From Yuukianura sp. NJ FZ-2021 (taxonomy: Eukaryota), in NCBI GenBank assembly GCA_046563655.1, contig CM102286.1, positions 9,362,001-9,426,000 on the forward strand: a stretch of DNA of 64,000 bases, given 5' to 3'. The position numbers and the translations under genes were made by a program. Below, piece after piece: positions 27,101 through 42,100 of this stretch (position 1 is its first letter; each line of letters starts with the position of its first letter). The notes under the pieces are model-generated. The model saw nothing but the letters and a program-made list of their open reading frames with translations. It ran no database searches and was not told the DNA's origin.

Positions 27101-30100
27101 GTTGTGGATTGGGATGAAGCTTGAAGGATAGTCCATAAAATATTTAAAAGGTTAGTGAGAAATTTCAGTTTTAATTATTTTTTTTTTGTAATTACCAACG
27201 ACCTTTGCATCAAGACCGGCTTGGAATTTAAAAATCAAACACAAGTTTTTGCTCTGAAATAAATAGTTTCTTCAGCTGACGCTACAGGGGGTGGTGCATT
27301 TCGATGAAGCTTGGTAATTTAGAAAAATTTTTATCGTAATTAGCAACGGATTCTTCAATACCAGACATAGATCAAAAATTTTCAACAGAAATAGTTGCTC
27401 TCAAAACGATGTGATAATTTTTGTTAAATGTGAGGGGGTTGTGGATTGGGATGAAGCTTGAAGGACAGTCCATAAAATATTTAAAAGGTTAGTGAGAAAT
27501 TTAACTTTTAATTATTTTTTTCTTGTAATTACCAACGACCTTTGCATCAAGACCGGCTTTGAATTTAAAAATCAAACACAAGTTTTTGCTCTGAAATAAA
27601 TAGTTTCTTCAGCTGACGCTACAGGGGGTGGCGAATTGCGATGAAGCTTGGCAATTTAGAAGAATTTTTATCGTAATTAGCAACGGGTACTTCAATATCG
27701 GACGTAGATGAAAAAGTTCAAACAGAAATAGTTGCTCTCAAAACGATGTGATAATTTTTGTTAAATGTGAGGGGGTTGTGGATTGGGATGAAGCTTGAAG
27801 GATAGTCCATAAAATATTTAAAAGGTTAGTGAGAAATTTCAGTTTTAATTATTTTTTCTTGTAATTACCAACGACCTTTGCATCAAGACCGGCTTGGAAT
27901 TTAAAAATCAAACACAAGTTTTTGCTCTGAAATAAATAGTTTCTTCAGCTGACGCTACAGGGGGTGGTGCATTTCGATGAAGCTTGGTAATTTAGAAAAA
28001 TTTTTATCGTAATTAGCAACGGATTCTTCAATACCAGACATAGATCAAAAATTTTCAACAGAAATAGTTGCTCTCAAAACGATGTGATAATTTTTGTTAA
28101 ATGTGAGGGGGTTGTGGATTGGGATGAAGCTTGAAGGATAGTCCATAAAATATTTAAAAGGTTAGTGAGAAATTTCAGTTTTAATTATTTTTTCTTGTAA
28201 TTACCAACGACCTTTGCATCAAGACCGGCTTGGAATTTAAAAATCACACACAAGTTTTTGCTCTGAAATAAAAAGTTTCTTCAGCTGACGCTACAGGGGG
28301 TGGTGCATTTCGATGAAGCTTGGTAATTTAGAAAAATTTTTATCGTAATTAGCAACGGGTACTTCAATATCGGCCGTAGATGAAAAAGTTCAAACAGAAA
28401 TAGTTGCTCTCAAAACGATGTGATAATTTTTGTTAAATGTGAGGGGGTTGTGGATTGGGATGAAGCTTGAAGGACAGTCCATAAAATATTTAAAAGGTTA
28501 GTGAGAAATTTAACTTTTAATTATTTTTTCTTGTAATTACCAACGACCTTTGCATCAAGACCGGCTTTGAATTTAAAAATCAAACACAAGTATTTGCTCT
28601 GAAATTAATATTTTTTCAGCTGACGCTACAGGGGGTGGTGCATTGCGATGAAGCTTGGTAATTTAGAAGAATTCTTATCGTAATTAGCAACGGAATCTCC
28701 AATATCGGACATTGATAAAAAAGTTTAAACAGAAATATTTGCTCTCAATACGATGAGTTAATTTTTGTTCACTGTGTGGGGTTGTGGATTGGGATGAAGC
28801 TTGAAGGACAGTCCATAAAATATTTAAAAGGTTAGTAAGAAATTTAACTTTTAATTATTTTTTCTTGTAATTACCAACGACCTTTGCATCAAGACCGGCT
28901 TTGAATTTAAAAATCAAACACAAGTTTTTGCTCTGAAATAAATAGTTTCTTCAGCTGACGCTACAGGGGTGGCGAATTGCGATGAAGCTTGGCAATTTAG
29001 AAGAATTTTTATCGTAATTAGCAACGGGTACTTCAATATCGGACGTAGATGAAAAAGTTCAAACAGAAATAGTTGCTCTCAAAACGATGTGATAATTTTT
29101 GTTAAATGTGAGGGGGTTGTGGATTGGGATAAAGCTTGAAGGATAGTCCATAAAATATTTAAAAGGTTAGTGAGAAATTTCAGTTTTAATTATTTTTTCT
29201 TGTAATTACCAACGACCTTTGCATCAAGACCGGCTTGGAATTTAAAAATCAAACACAAGTTTTTGCTCTGAAATAAATAGTTTCTTCAGCTGACGCTACA
29301 GGGGTGGTGCATTTCGATGAAGCTTGGTAATTTAGAAAAATTTTTATCGTAATTAGCAACGGATTCTTCAATACCAGACATAGATCAAAAATTTTCAACA
29401 GGAATAGTTGCTCTCAAAACGATGTGATAATTTTTGTTAAATGTGAGGGGGTTGTGGATTGGGATGAAGCTTGAAGGACAGTCCATAAAATATTTAAAAC
29501 GTTAGTGAGAAATTTCAGTTTTAATTATTTTTTCTTGTAATTACCAACGACCTTTGCATCAAGACCGGCTTGGAATTTAAAAATCAAACACAAGTTTTTG
29601 CTCTGAAATAAATAGTTTCTTCAGCTGACGCTACAGGGGTGGTGCATTTCGATGAAGCTTGGTAATTTAGAAAAATTTTTATCGTAATTAGCAACGGATT
29701 CTTCAATACCAGACATAGATCAAAAATTTTCAACAGAAATAGTTGCTCTCAAAACGATGTGATAATTTTTGTTAAATGTGAGGGGGTTGTGGATTGGGAT
29801 GAAGCTTGAAGGACAGTCCATAAAATATTTAAAAGGTTAGTGAGAAATTTCAGTTTTAATTATTTTTTCTTGTAATTACCAACGACCTTTGCATCAAGAC
29901 CGGCTTGGAATTTAAAAATCACACACAAGTTTTTGCTCTGAAATAAATAGTTTCTTCCGCTGACGCTACAGGGGTGGCGAATTGCGATGAAGCTTGGCAA
30001 TTTAGAAGAATTTTTATCGTAATTAGCAACGGGTACTTCAATATCGGACGTAGATGAAAAAGTTCAAACAGAAATAGTTGCTCTCAAAACGATGTGATAA

Positions 30101-33100
30101 TTTTTGTTAAATGTGAGGGGGTTGTGGATTGGGATGAAGCTTGAAGGATAGTCCATAAAATATTTAAAAGGTTAGTGAGAAATTTCAGTTTTAATTATTT
30201 TTTTTGTAATTACCAACGACCTTTGCATCAAGACCGGCTTGGAATTTAAAAATCAAACACAAGTTTTTGCTCTGAAATAAATAGTTTCTTCAGCTGACGC
30301 TACAGGGGGTGGTGCATTTCGATGAAGCTTGGTAATTTAGAAAAATTTTTATCGTAATTAGCAACGGATTCTTCAATACCAGACATAGATCAAAAATTTT
30401 CAACAGGAATAGTTGCTCTCAAAACGATGTGATAATTTTTGTTAAATGTGAGGGGGTTGTGGATTGGGATGAAGCTTGAAGGACAGTCCATAAAATATTT
30501 AAAACGTTAGTGAGAAATTTCAGTTTTAATTATTTTTTCTTGTAATTACCAACGACCTTTGCATCAAGACCGGCTTGGAATTTAAAAATCAAACACAAGT
30601 TTTTGCTCTGAAATAAATAGTTTCTTCAGCTGACGCTACAGGGGGTGGTGCATTTCGATGAAGCTTGGTAATTTAGAAAAATTTTTATCGTAATTAGCAA
30701 CGGATTCTTCAATACCAGACATAGATCAAAAATTTTCAACAGAAATAGTTGCTCTCAAAACGATGTGATAATTTTTGTTAAATGTGAGGGGTTGTGGATT
30801 GGGATGAAGCTTGAAGGACAGTCCATAAAATATTTAAAAGGTTAGTGAGAAATTTCAGTTTTAATTATTTTTCTTGTAATTACCAACGACCTTTGCATCA
30901 AGACCGGCTTGGAATTTAAAAAATCACACACAAGTTTTTGCTCTGAAATAAATAGTTTCTTCCGCTGACGCTACAGGGGGTGGCGAATTGCGATGAAGCT
31001 TGGCAATTTAGAAGAATTTTTATCGTAATTAGCAACGGGTACTTCAATATCGGACGTAGATGAAAAAGTTCAAACAGAAATAGTTGCTCTCAAAACGATG
31101 TGATAATTTTTGTTAAATGTGAGGGGGTTGTGGATTGGGATGAAGCTTGAAGGATAGTCCATAAAATATTTAAAAGGTTAGTGAGAAATTTCAGTTTTAA
31201 TTATTTTTTTTTGTAATTACCAACGACCTTTGCATCAAGACCGGCTTGGAATTTTAAAAATCAAACACAAGTTTTTGCTCTGAAATAAATAGTTTCTTCA
31301 GCTGACGCTACAGGGGGTGGTGCATTTCGATGAAGCTTGGTAATTTAGAAAAATTTTTATCGTAATTAGCAACGGATTCTTCAATACCAGACATAGATCA
31401 AAAATTTTCAACAGAAATAGTTGCTCTCAAAACGATGTGATAATTTTTGTTAAATGTGAGGGGGTTGTGGCATTGGGATGAAGCTTGAAGGACAGTCCAT
31501 AAAATATTTAAAAGGTTAGTGAGAAATTTAACTTTTAATTATTTTTTCTTGTAATTACCAACGACCTTTGCATCAAGACCGGCTTTGAATTTAAAAATCA
31601 AACACAAGTTTTTGCTCTGAAATAAATAGTTTCTTCAGCTGACGCTACAGGGGGTGGCGAATTGCGATGAAGCTTGGCAATTTAGAAGAATTTTTATCGT
31701 AATTAGCAACGGGTACTTCAATATCGGACGTAGATGAAAAAGTTCAAACAGAAATAGTTGCTCTCAAAACGATGTGATAATTTTTGTTAAATGTGAGGGG
31801 GTTGTGGATTGGGATAAAGCTTGAAGGATAGTCCATAAAATATTTAAAAGGTTAGTGAGAAATTTCAGTTTTAATTATTTTTTCTTGTAATTACCAACGA
31901 CCTTTGCATCAAGACCGGCTTGGAATTTAAAAATCAAACACAAGTTTTTGCTCTGAAATAAATAGTTTCTTCAGCTGACGCTACAGGGGGTGGTGCATTT
32001 CGATGAAGCTTGGTAATTTAGAAAAATTTTTATCGTAATTAGCAACGGATTCTTCAATACCAGACATAGATCAAAAATTTTCAACAGAAATAGTTGCTCT
32101 CAAAACGATGTGATAATTTTTGTTAAATGTGAGGGGGTTGTGGATTGGGATGAAGCTTGAAGGACAGTCCATAAAATATTTAAAAGGTTAGTGAGAAATT
32201 TCAGTTTTAATTATTTTTTCTTGTAATTACCAACGACCTTTGCATCAAGACCGGCTTGGAATTTAAAAAATCACACACAAGTTTTTGCTCTGAAATAAAT
32301 AGTTTCTTCCGCTGACGCTACAGGGGGTGGCGAATTGCGATGAAGTTTGGCAATTTAGAAGAATTTTTATCGTAATTAGCAACGGGTACTTCAATATCGG
32401 ACGTAGATGAAAAAGTTCAAACAGAAATAGTTGCTCTCAAAACGATGTGATAATTTTTGTTAAATGTGAGGGGGTTGTGGATTGGGATGAAGCTTGAAGG
32501 ACAGTCCATAAAATATTTAAAACGTTAGTGAGAAATTTCAGTTTTAATTATTTTTTCTTGTAATTACCAACGACCTTTGCATCAAGACCGGCTTGGAATT
32601 TAAAAATCAAACACAAGTTTTTGCTCTGAAATAAATAGTTTCTTCAGCTGACGCTACAGGGGGTGGTGCATTTCGATGAAGCTTGGTAATTTAGAAAAAT
32701 TTTTATCGTAATTAGCAACGGATTCTTCAATACCAGACATAGATCAAAAATTTTCAACAGAAATAGTTGCTCTCAAAACGATGTGATAATTTTTGTTAAA
32801 TGTGAGGGGGTTGTGGATTGGGATGAAGCTTGAAGGACAGTCCATAAAATATTTAAAAGGTTAGTGAGAAATTTCAGTTTTAATTATTTTTTCTTGTAAT
32901 TACCAACGACCTTTGCATCAAGACCGGCTTGGAATTTAAAAATCACACACAAGTTTTTGCTCTGAAATAAATAGTTTCTTCCGCTGACGCTACAGGGGGT
33001 GGCGAATTGCGATGAAGCTTGGCAATTTAGAAGAATTTTTATCGTAATTAGCAACGGGTACTTCAATATCGGACGTAGATGAAAAAGTTCAAACAGAAAT

Positions 33101-36100
33101 AGTTGCTCTCAAAACGATGTGATAATTTTTGTTAAATGTGAGGGGGTTGTGGATTGGGATGAAGCTTGAAGGACAGTCCATAAAATATTTAAAAGGTTAG
33201 TGAGAAATTTCAGTTTTAATTATTTTTTCTTGTAATTACCAACGACCTTTGCATCAAGACCGGCTTGGAATTTAAAAATCAAACACAAGTTTTTGCTCTG
33301 AAATAAATAGTTTCTTCAGCTGACGCTACAGGGGGTGGTGCATTTCGATGAAGCTTGGTAATTTAGAAAAATTTTTATCGTAATTAGCAACGGATTCTTC
33401 AATACCAGACATAGATCAAAAATTTTCAACAGAAATAGTTGCTCTCAAAACGATGTGATAATTTTTGTTAAATGTGAGGGGGTTGTGGATTGGGATGAAG
33501 CTTGAAGGACAGTCCATAAAATATTTAAAAGGTTAGTGAGAAATTTCAGTTTTAATTATTTTTTCTTGTAATTACCAACGACCTTTGCATCAAGACCGGC
33601 TTGGAATTTAAAAATCACACACAAGTTTTTGCTCTGAAATAAATAGTTTCTTCAGCTGACGCTACAGGGGGTGGCGAATTGCGATGAAGCTTGGCAATTT
33701 AGAAGAATTTTTATCGTAATTAGCAACGGGTACTTCAATATCGGACGTAGATGAAAAAGTTCAAACAGAAATAGTTGCTCTCAAAACGATGTGATAATTT
33801 TTGTTAAATGTGAGGGGGTTGTGGATTGGGATGAAGCTTGAAGGATAGTCCATAAAATATTTAAAAGGTTAGTGAGAAATTTCAGTTTTAATTATTTTTT
33901 TTTGTAATTACCAACGACCTTTGCATCAAGACCGGCTTGGAATTTAAAAATCAAACACAAGTTTTTGCTCTGAAATAAATAGTTTCTTCAGCTGACGCTA
34001 CCGGGGGTGGTGCATTTCGATGAAGCTTGGTAATTTAGAAAAATTTTTATCGTAATTAGCAACGGATTCTTCAATACCAGACATAGATCAAAAATTTTCA
34101 ACAGAAATAGTTGCTCTCAAAACGATGTGATAATTTTTGTTAAATGTGAGGGGTTGTGGATTGGGATGAAGCTTGAAGGACAGTCCATAAAATATTTAAA
34201 AGGTTAGTGAGAAATTTCAGTTTTAATTATTTTTTCTTGTAATTACCAACGACCTTTGCATCAAGACCGGCTTGGAATTTAAAAATCAAACACAAGTTTT
34301 TGCTCTGAAATAAATAGTTTCTTCAGCTGACGCTACAGGGGGTGGTGCATTTCGATGAAGCTTGGTAATTTAGAAAAATTTTTATCGTAATTAGCAACGG
34401 ATTCTTCAATACCAGACATAGATCAAAAATTTTCAACAGAAATAGTTGCTCTCAAAACGATGTGATAATTTTTGTTAAATGTGAGGGGTTGTGGATTGGG
34501 ATGAAGCTTGAAGGACAGTCCATAAAATATTTAAAAGGTTAGTGAGAAATTTCAGTTTTAATTATTTTTCTTGTAATTACCAACGACCTTTGCATCAAGA
34601 CCGGCTTGGAATTTAAAAATCACACACAAGTTTTTGCTCTGAAATAAATAGTTTCTTCCGCTGACGCTACAGGGGGTGGCGAATTGCGATGAAGCTTGGC
34701 AATTTAGAAGAATTTTTATCGTAATTAGCAACGGGTACTTCAATATCGGACGTAGATGAAAAAGTTCAAACAGAAATAGTTGCTCTCAAAACGATGTGAT
34801 AATTTTTGTTAAATGTGAGGGGGTTGTGGATTGGGATGAAGCTTGAAGGATAGTCCATAAAATATTTAAAAGGTTAGTGAGAAATTTCAGTTTTAATTAT
34901 TTTTTCTTGTAATTACCAACGACCTTTGCATCAAGACCGGCTTGGAATTTAAAAATCAAACACAAGTTTTTGCTCTGAAATAAATAGTTTCTTCAGCTGA
35001 CGCTACAGGGGGTGGTGCATTTCGATGAAGCTTGGTAATTTAGAAAAATTTTTATCGTAATTAGCAACGGATTCTTCAATACCAGACATAGATCAAAAAT
35101 TTTCAACAGAAATAGTTGCTCTCAAAACGATGTGATAATTTTTGTTAAATGTGAGGGGGTTGTGGATTGGGATGAAGCTTGAAGGACAGTCCATAAAATA
35201 TTTAAAAGGTTAGTGAGAAATTTAACTTTTAATTATTTTTTCTTGTAATTACCAACGACCTTTGCATCAAGACCGGCTTTGAATTTAAAAATCAAACACA
35301 AGTTTTTGCTCTGAAATAAATAGTTTCTTCAGCTGACGCTACAGGGGGTGGCGAATTGCGATGAAGCTTGGCAATTTAGAAGAATTTTTATCGTAATTAG
35401 CAACGGGTACTTCAATATCGGACGTAGATGAAAAAGTTCAAACAGAAATAGTTGCTCTCAAAACGATGTGATAATTTTTGTTAAATGTGAGGGGGTTGTG
35501 GATTGGGATGAAGCTTGAAGGATAGTCCATAAAATATTTAAAAGGTTAGTGAGAAATTTCAGTTTTAATTATTTTTTCTTGTAATTACCAACGACCTTTG
35601 CATCAAGACCGGCTTGGAATTTAAAAATCAAACACAAGTTTTTGCTCTGAAATAAATAGTTTCTTCAGCTGACGCTACAGGGGTGGTGCATTTCGATGAA
35701 GCTTGGTAATTTAGAAAAATTTTTATCGTAATTAGCAACGGATTCTTCAATACCAGACAGATCAAAAATTTTCAACAGAAATAGTTGCTCTCAAAACGAT
35801 GTGATAATTTTTGTTAAATGTGAGGGGTTGTGGATTGGGATGAAGCTTGAAGGATAGTCCATAAAATATTTAAAAGGTTAGTGAGAAATTTCAGTTTTAA
35901 TTATTTTTTCTTGTAATTACCAACGACCTTTGCATCAAGACCGGCTTGGAATTTAAAAATCAAACACAAGTTTTTGCTCTGAAATAAATAGTTTCTTCCG
36001 CTGACGCTACAGGGGGTGGCGAATTGCGATGAAGCTTGGCAATTTAGAAGAGTTTTTATCGTAATTAGCAACGGGTACTTCAATATCGGAGGTAGATGAA

Positions 36101-39100
36101 AAAGTTCAAACAGAAATAGTTGCTCTCAAAACGATGTGATAATTTTTGTTAAATGTGAGGGGTTGTGGATTGGGATGAAGCTTGAAGGATAGTCCATAAA
36201 ATATTTAAAAGGTTAGTGAGAAATTTCAGTTTTAATTATTTTTTCTTGTAATTACCAACGACCTTTGCATCAAGACCGGCTTGGAATTTAAAAATCAAAC
36301 ACAAGTTTTTGCTCTGAAATAAATAGTTTCTTCAGCTGACGCTACAGGGGGTGGTGCATTTCGATGAAGCTTGGTAATTTAGAAAAATTTTTATCGTAAT
36401 TAGCAACGGATTCTTCAATACCAGACATAGATCAAAAATTTTCAACAGAAATAGTTGCTCTCAAAACGATGTGATAATTTTTGTTAAATGTGAGGGGGTT
36501 GTGGATTGGGATGAAGCTTGAAGGATAGTCCATAAAATATTTAAAAGGTTAGTGAGAAATTTCAGTTTTAATTATTTTTCTTGTAATTACCAACGACCTT
36601 TGCATCAAGACCGGCTTGGAATTTAAAAATCACACACAAGTTTTTGCTCTGAAATAAATAGTTTCTTCAGCTGACGCTACAGGGGTGGTGCATTTCGATG
36701 AAGCTTGGTAATTTAGAAAAATTTTTATCGTAATTAGCAACGGGTACTTCAATATCGGCCGTAGATGAAAAAGTTCAAACAGAAATAGTTGCTCTCAAAA
36801 CGATGTGATAATTTTTGTTAAATGTGAGGGGGTTGTGGATTGGGATGAAGCTTGAAGGATAGTCCATAAAATATTTAAAAGGTTAGTGAGAAATTTCAGT
36901 TTTAATTATTTTTTCTTGTAATTACCAACGACCTTTGCATCAAGACCGGCTTTGAATTTAAAAATCAAACACAAGTTTTTGCTCTGAAATAAATAGTTTC
37001 TTCAGCTGACGCTACAGGGGGTGGCGAATTGCGATGAAGCTTGGCAATTTAGAAGAATTTTTATCGTAATTAGCAACGGGTACTTCAATATCGGACGTAG
37101 ATGAAAAAGTTCAAACAGAAATAGTTGCTCTCAAAACGATGTGATAATTTTTGTTAAATGTGAGGGGGTTGTGGATTGGGATGAAGCTTGAAGGACAGTC
37201 CATAAAATATTTAAAAGGTTAGTGAGAAATTTCAGTTTTAATTATTTTTTCTTGTAATTACCAACGACCTTTGCATCAAGACCGGCTTGGAATTTAAAAA
37301 TCACACACAAGTTTTTGCTCTGAAATAAATAGTTTCTTCCGCTGACGCTACAGGGGGTGGCGAATTGCGATGAAGTTTGGCAATTTAGAAGAATTTTTAT
37401 CGTAATTAGCAACGGGTACTTCAATATCGGACGTAGATGAAAAAGTTCAAACAGAAATAGTTGCTCTCAAAACGATGTGATAATTTTTGTTAAATGTGAG
37501 GGGGTTGTGGATTGGGATGAAGCTTGAAGGATAGTCCATAAAATATTTAAAAGGTTAGTGAGAAATTTCAGTTTTAATTATTTTTTCTTGTAATTACCAA
37601 CGACCTTTGCATCAAGACCGGCTTGGAATTTAAAAATCAAACACAAGTTTTTGCTCTGAAATAAATAGTTTCTTCAGCTGACGCTACAGGGGGTGGTGCA
37701 TTTCGATGAAGCTTGGTAATTTAGAAAAATTTTTATCGTAATTAGCAACGGATTCTTCAATACCAGACATAGATCAAAAATTTTCAACAGAAATAGTTGC
37801 TCTCAAAACGATGTGATAATTTTTGTTAAATGTGAGGTTGTGGATTGGGATGAAGCTTGAAGGATAGTCCATAAAATATTTAAAAGGTTAGTGAGAAATT
37901 TCAGTTTTAATTATTTTTCTTGTAATTACCAACGACCTTTGCATCAAGACCGGCTTGGAATTTAAAAATCACACACAAGTTTTTGCTCTGAAATAAATAG
38001 TTTCTTCAGCTGACGCTACAGGGGGTGGTGCATTTCGATGAAGCTTGGTAATTTAGAAAAATTTTTATCGTAATTAGCAACGGGTACTTCAATATCGGCC
38101 GTAGATGAAAAAGTTCAAACAGAAATAGTTGCTCTCAAAACGATGTGATAATTTTTGTTAAATGTGAGGGGGTTGTGGATTGGGATGAAGCTTGAAGGAT
38201 AGTCCATAAAATATTTAAAAGGTTAGTGAGAAATTTCAGTTTTAATTATTTTTTCTTGTAATTACCAACGACCTTTGCATCAAGACCGGCTTGGAATTTA
38301 AAAATCACACACAAGTTTTTGCTCTGAAATAAAAAGTTTCTTCAGCTGACGCTACAGGGGGTGGTGCATTTCGATGAAGCTTGGTAATTTAGAAAAATTT
38401 TTATCGTAATTAGCAACGGGTACTTCAATATCGGACGTAGATGAAAAAGTTCAAACAGAAATAGTTGCTCTCAAAACGATGTGATAATTTTTGTTAAATG
38501 TGAGGGGGTTGTGGATTGGGATGAAGCTTGAAGGATAGTCCATAAAATATTTAAAAGGTTAGTGAGAAATTTAACTTTTAATTATTTTTTCTTGTAATTA
38601 CCAACGACCTTTGCATCAAGACCGGCTTTGGAATTTAAAAATCAAACACAAGTTTTTGCTCTGAAATAAATAGTTTCTTCAGCTGACGCTACAGGGGGTG
38701 GCGAATTGCGATGAAGCTTGGCAATTTAGAAGAATTTTTATCGTAATTAGCAACGGGTACTTCAATACCAGACATAGATCAAAAATTTTCAACAGAAATA
38801 GTTGCTCTCAAAACGATGTGATAATTTTTGTTAAATGTGAGGGGGTTGTGGATTGGGATGAAGCTTGAAGGACAGTCCATAAAATATTTAAAAGGTTAGT
38901 GAGAAATTTAACTTTTAATTATTTTTTCTTGTAATTACCAACGACCTTTGCATCAAGACCGGCTTTGAATTTAAAAATCAAACACAAGTTTTTGCTCTGA
39001 AATAAATAGTTTCTTCAGCTGACGCTACAGGGCGTGGCGAATTGCGATGAAGCTTGGCAATTTAGAAGAATTTTTATCGTAATTAGCAACGGGTACTTCA

Positions 39101-42100
39101 ATATCGGACGTAGATGAAAAAGTTCAAACAGAAATAGTTGCTCTCAAAACGATGTGATAATTTTTGTTAAATGTGAGGGGGTTGTGGATTGGGATGAAGC
39201 TTGAAGGATAGTCCATAAAATATTTAAAAGGTTAGTGAGAAATTTCAGTTTTAATTATTTTTTCTTGTAATTACCAACGACCTTTGCATCAAGACCGGCT
39301 TGGAATTTAAAAATCAAACACAAGTTTTTGCTCTGAAATAAATAGTTTCTTCAGCTGACGCTACAGGGGTGGTGCATTTCGATGAAGCTTGGTAATTTAG
39401 AAAAATTTTTATCGTAATTAGCAACGGATTCTTCAATACCAGACATAGATCAAAAATTTTCAACAGAAATAGTTGCTCTCAAAACGATGTGATAATTTTT
39501 GTTAAATGTGAGGGGGTTGTGGATTGGGATGAAGCTTGAAGGATAGTCCATAAAATATTTAAAAGGTTAGTGAGAAATTTCAGTTTTAATTATTTTTTCT
39601 TGTAATTACCAACGACCTTTGCATCAAGACCGGCTTGGAATTTAAAAATCACACACAAGTTTTTGCTCTGAAATAAATAGTTTCTTCAGCTGACGCTACA
39701 GGGGGTGGTGCATTTCGATGAAGCTTGGTAATTTAGAAAAATTTTTATCGTAATTAGCAACGGGTACTTCAATATCGGCCGTAGATGAAAAAGTTCAAAC
39801 AGAAATAGTTGCTCTCAAAACGATGTGATAATTTTTGTTAAATGTGAGGGGTTGTGGATTGGGATGAAGCTTGAAGGATAGTCCATAAAATATTTAAAAG
39901 GTTAGTGAGAAATTTAACTTTTAATTATTTTTTCTTGTAATTACCAACGACCTTTGCATCAAGACCGGCTTTGAATTTAAAAATCAAACACAAGTTTTTG
40001 CTCTGAAATAAATAGTTTCTTCAGCTGACGCTACAGGGGTGGCGAATTGCGATGAAGCTTGGCAATTTAGAAGAATTTTTATCGTAATTAGCAACGGGTA
40101 CTTCAATATCGGACGTAGATGAAAAAGTTCAAACAGAAATAGTTGCTCTCAAAACGATGTGATAATTTTTGTTAAATGTGAGGGGGTTGTGGATTGGGAT
40201 GAAGCTTGAAGGATAGTCCATAAAATATTTAAAAGGTTAGTGAGAAATTTCAGTTTTAATTATTTTTTCTTGTAATTACCAACGACCTTTGCATCAAGAC
40301 CGGCTTGGAATTTAAAAATCAAACACAAGTTTTTGCTCTGAAATAAATAGTTTCTTCAGCTGACGCTACAGGGGTGGTGCATTTCGATGAAGCTTGGTAA
40401 TTTAGAAAAATTTTTATCGTAATTAGCAACGGATTCTTCAATACCAGACATAGATCAAAAATTTTCAACAGAAATAGTTGCTCTCAAAACGATGTGATAA
40501 TTTTTGTTAAATGTGAGGGGGTTGTGGATTGGGATGAAGCTTGAAGGACAGTCCATAAAATATTTAAAAGGTTAGTGAGAAATTTAACTTTTAATTATTT
40601 TTTTCTTGTAATTACCAACGACCTTTGCATCAAGACCGGCTTTGAATTTAAAAATCAAACACAAGTTTTTGCTCTGAAATAAATAGTTTCTTCAGCTGAC
40701 GCTACAGGGGGTGGCGAATTGCGATGAAGCTTGGCAATTTAGAAGAATTTTTATCGTAATTAGCAACGGGTACTTCAATATCGGACGTAGATGAAAAAGT
40801 TCAAACAGAAATAGTTGCTCTCAAAACGATGTGATAATTTTTGTTAAATGTGAGGGGATTGTGGATTGGGATGAAGCTTGAAGGATAGTCCATAAAATAT
40901 TTAAAAGGTTAGTGAGAAATTTCAGTTTTAATTATTTTTTCTTGTAATTACCAACGACCTTTGCATCAAGACCGGCTTGGAATTTAAAAATCAAACACAA
41001 GTTTTTGCTCTGAAATAAATAGTTTCTTCAGCTGACGCTACAGGGGTGGTGCATTTCGATGAAGCTTGGTAATTTAGAAAAATTTTTATCGTAATTAGCA
41101 ACGGATTCTTCAATACCAGACATAGATCAAAAATTTTCAACAGAAATAGTTGCTCTCAAAACGATGTGATAATTTTTGTTAAATGTGAGGGGGTTGTGGA
41201 TTGGGATGAAGCTTGAAGGATAGTCCATAAAATATTTAAAAGGTTAGTGAGAAATTTCAGTTTTAATTATTTTTTCTTGTAATTACCAACGACCTTTGCA
41301 TCAAGACCGGCTTGGAATTTAAAAATCACACACAAGTTTTTGCTCTGAAATAAAAAGTTTCTTCAGCTGACGCTACAGGGGGTGGTGCATTTCGATGAAG
41401 CTTGGTAATTTAGAAAAATTTTTATCGTAATTAGCAACGGGTACTTCAATATCGGCCGTAGATGAAAAAGTTCAAACAGAAATAGTTGCTCTCAAAACGA
41501 TGTGATAATTTTTGTTAAATGTGAGGGGGTTGTGGATTGGGATGAAGCTTGAAGGATAGTCCATAAAATATTTAAAAGGTTAGTGAGAAATTTCAGTTTT
41601 AATTATTTTTTCTTGTAATTACCAACGACCTTTGCATCAAGACCGGCTTGGAATTTAAAAATCACACACAAGTTTTTGCTCTGAAATAAATAGTTTCTTC
41701 CGCTGACGCTACAGGGGGTGGCGAATTGCGATGAAGCTTGGCAATTTAGAAGAATTTTTATCGTAATTAGCAACGGGTACTTCAATATCGGACGTAGATG
41801 AAAAAGTTCAAACAGAAATAGTTGCTCTCAAAACGATGTGATAATTTTTGTTAAATGTGAGGGGGTTGTGGATTGGGATGAAGCTTGAAGGATAGTCCAT
41901 AAAATATTTAAAAGGTTAGTGAGAAATTTCAGTTTTAATTATTTTTTCTTGTAATTACCAACGACCTTTGCATCAAGACCGGCTTGGAATTTAAAAATCA
42001 AACACAAGTTTTTGCTCTGAAATAAATAGTTTCTTCAGCTGACGCTACAGGGGGTGGTGCATTTCGATGAAGCTTGGTAATTTAGAAAAATTTTTATCGT

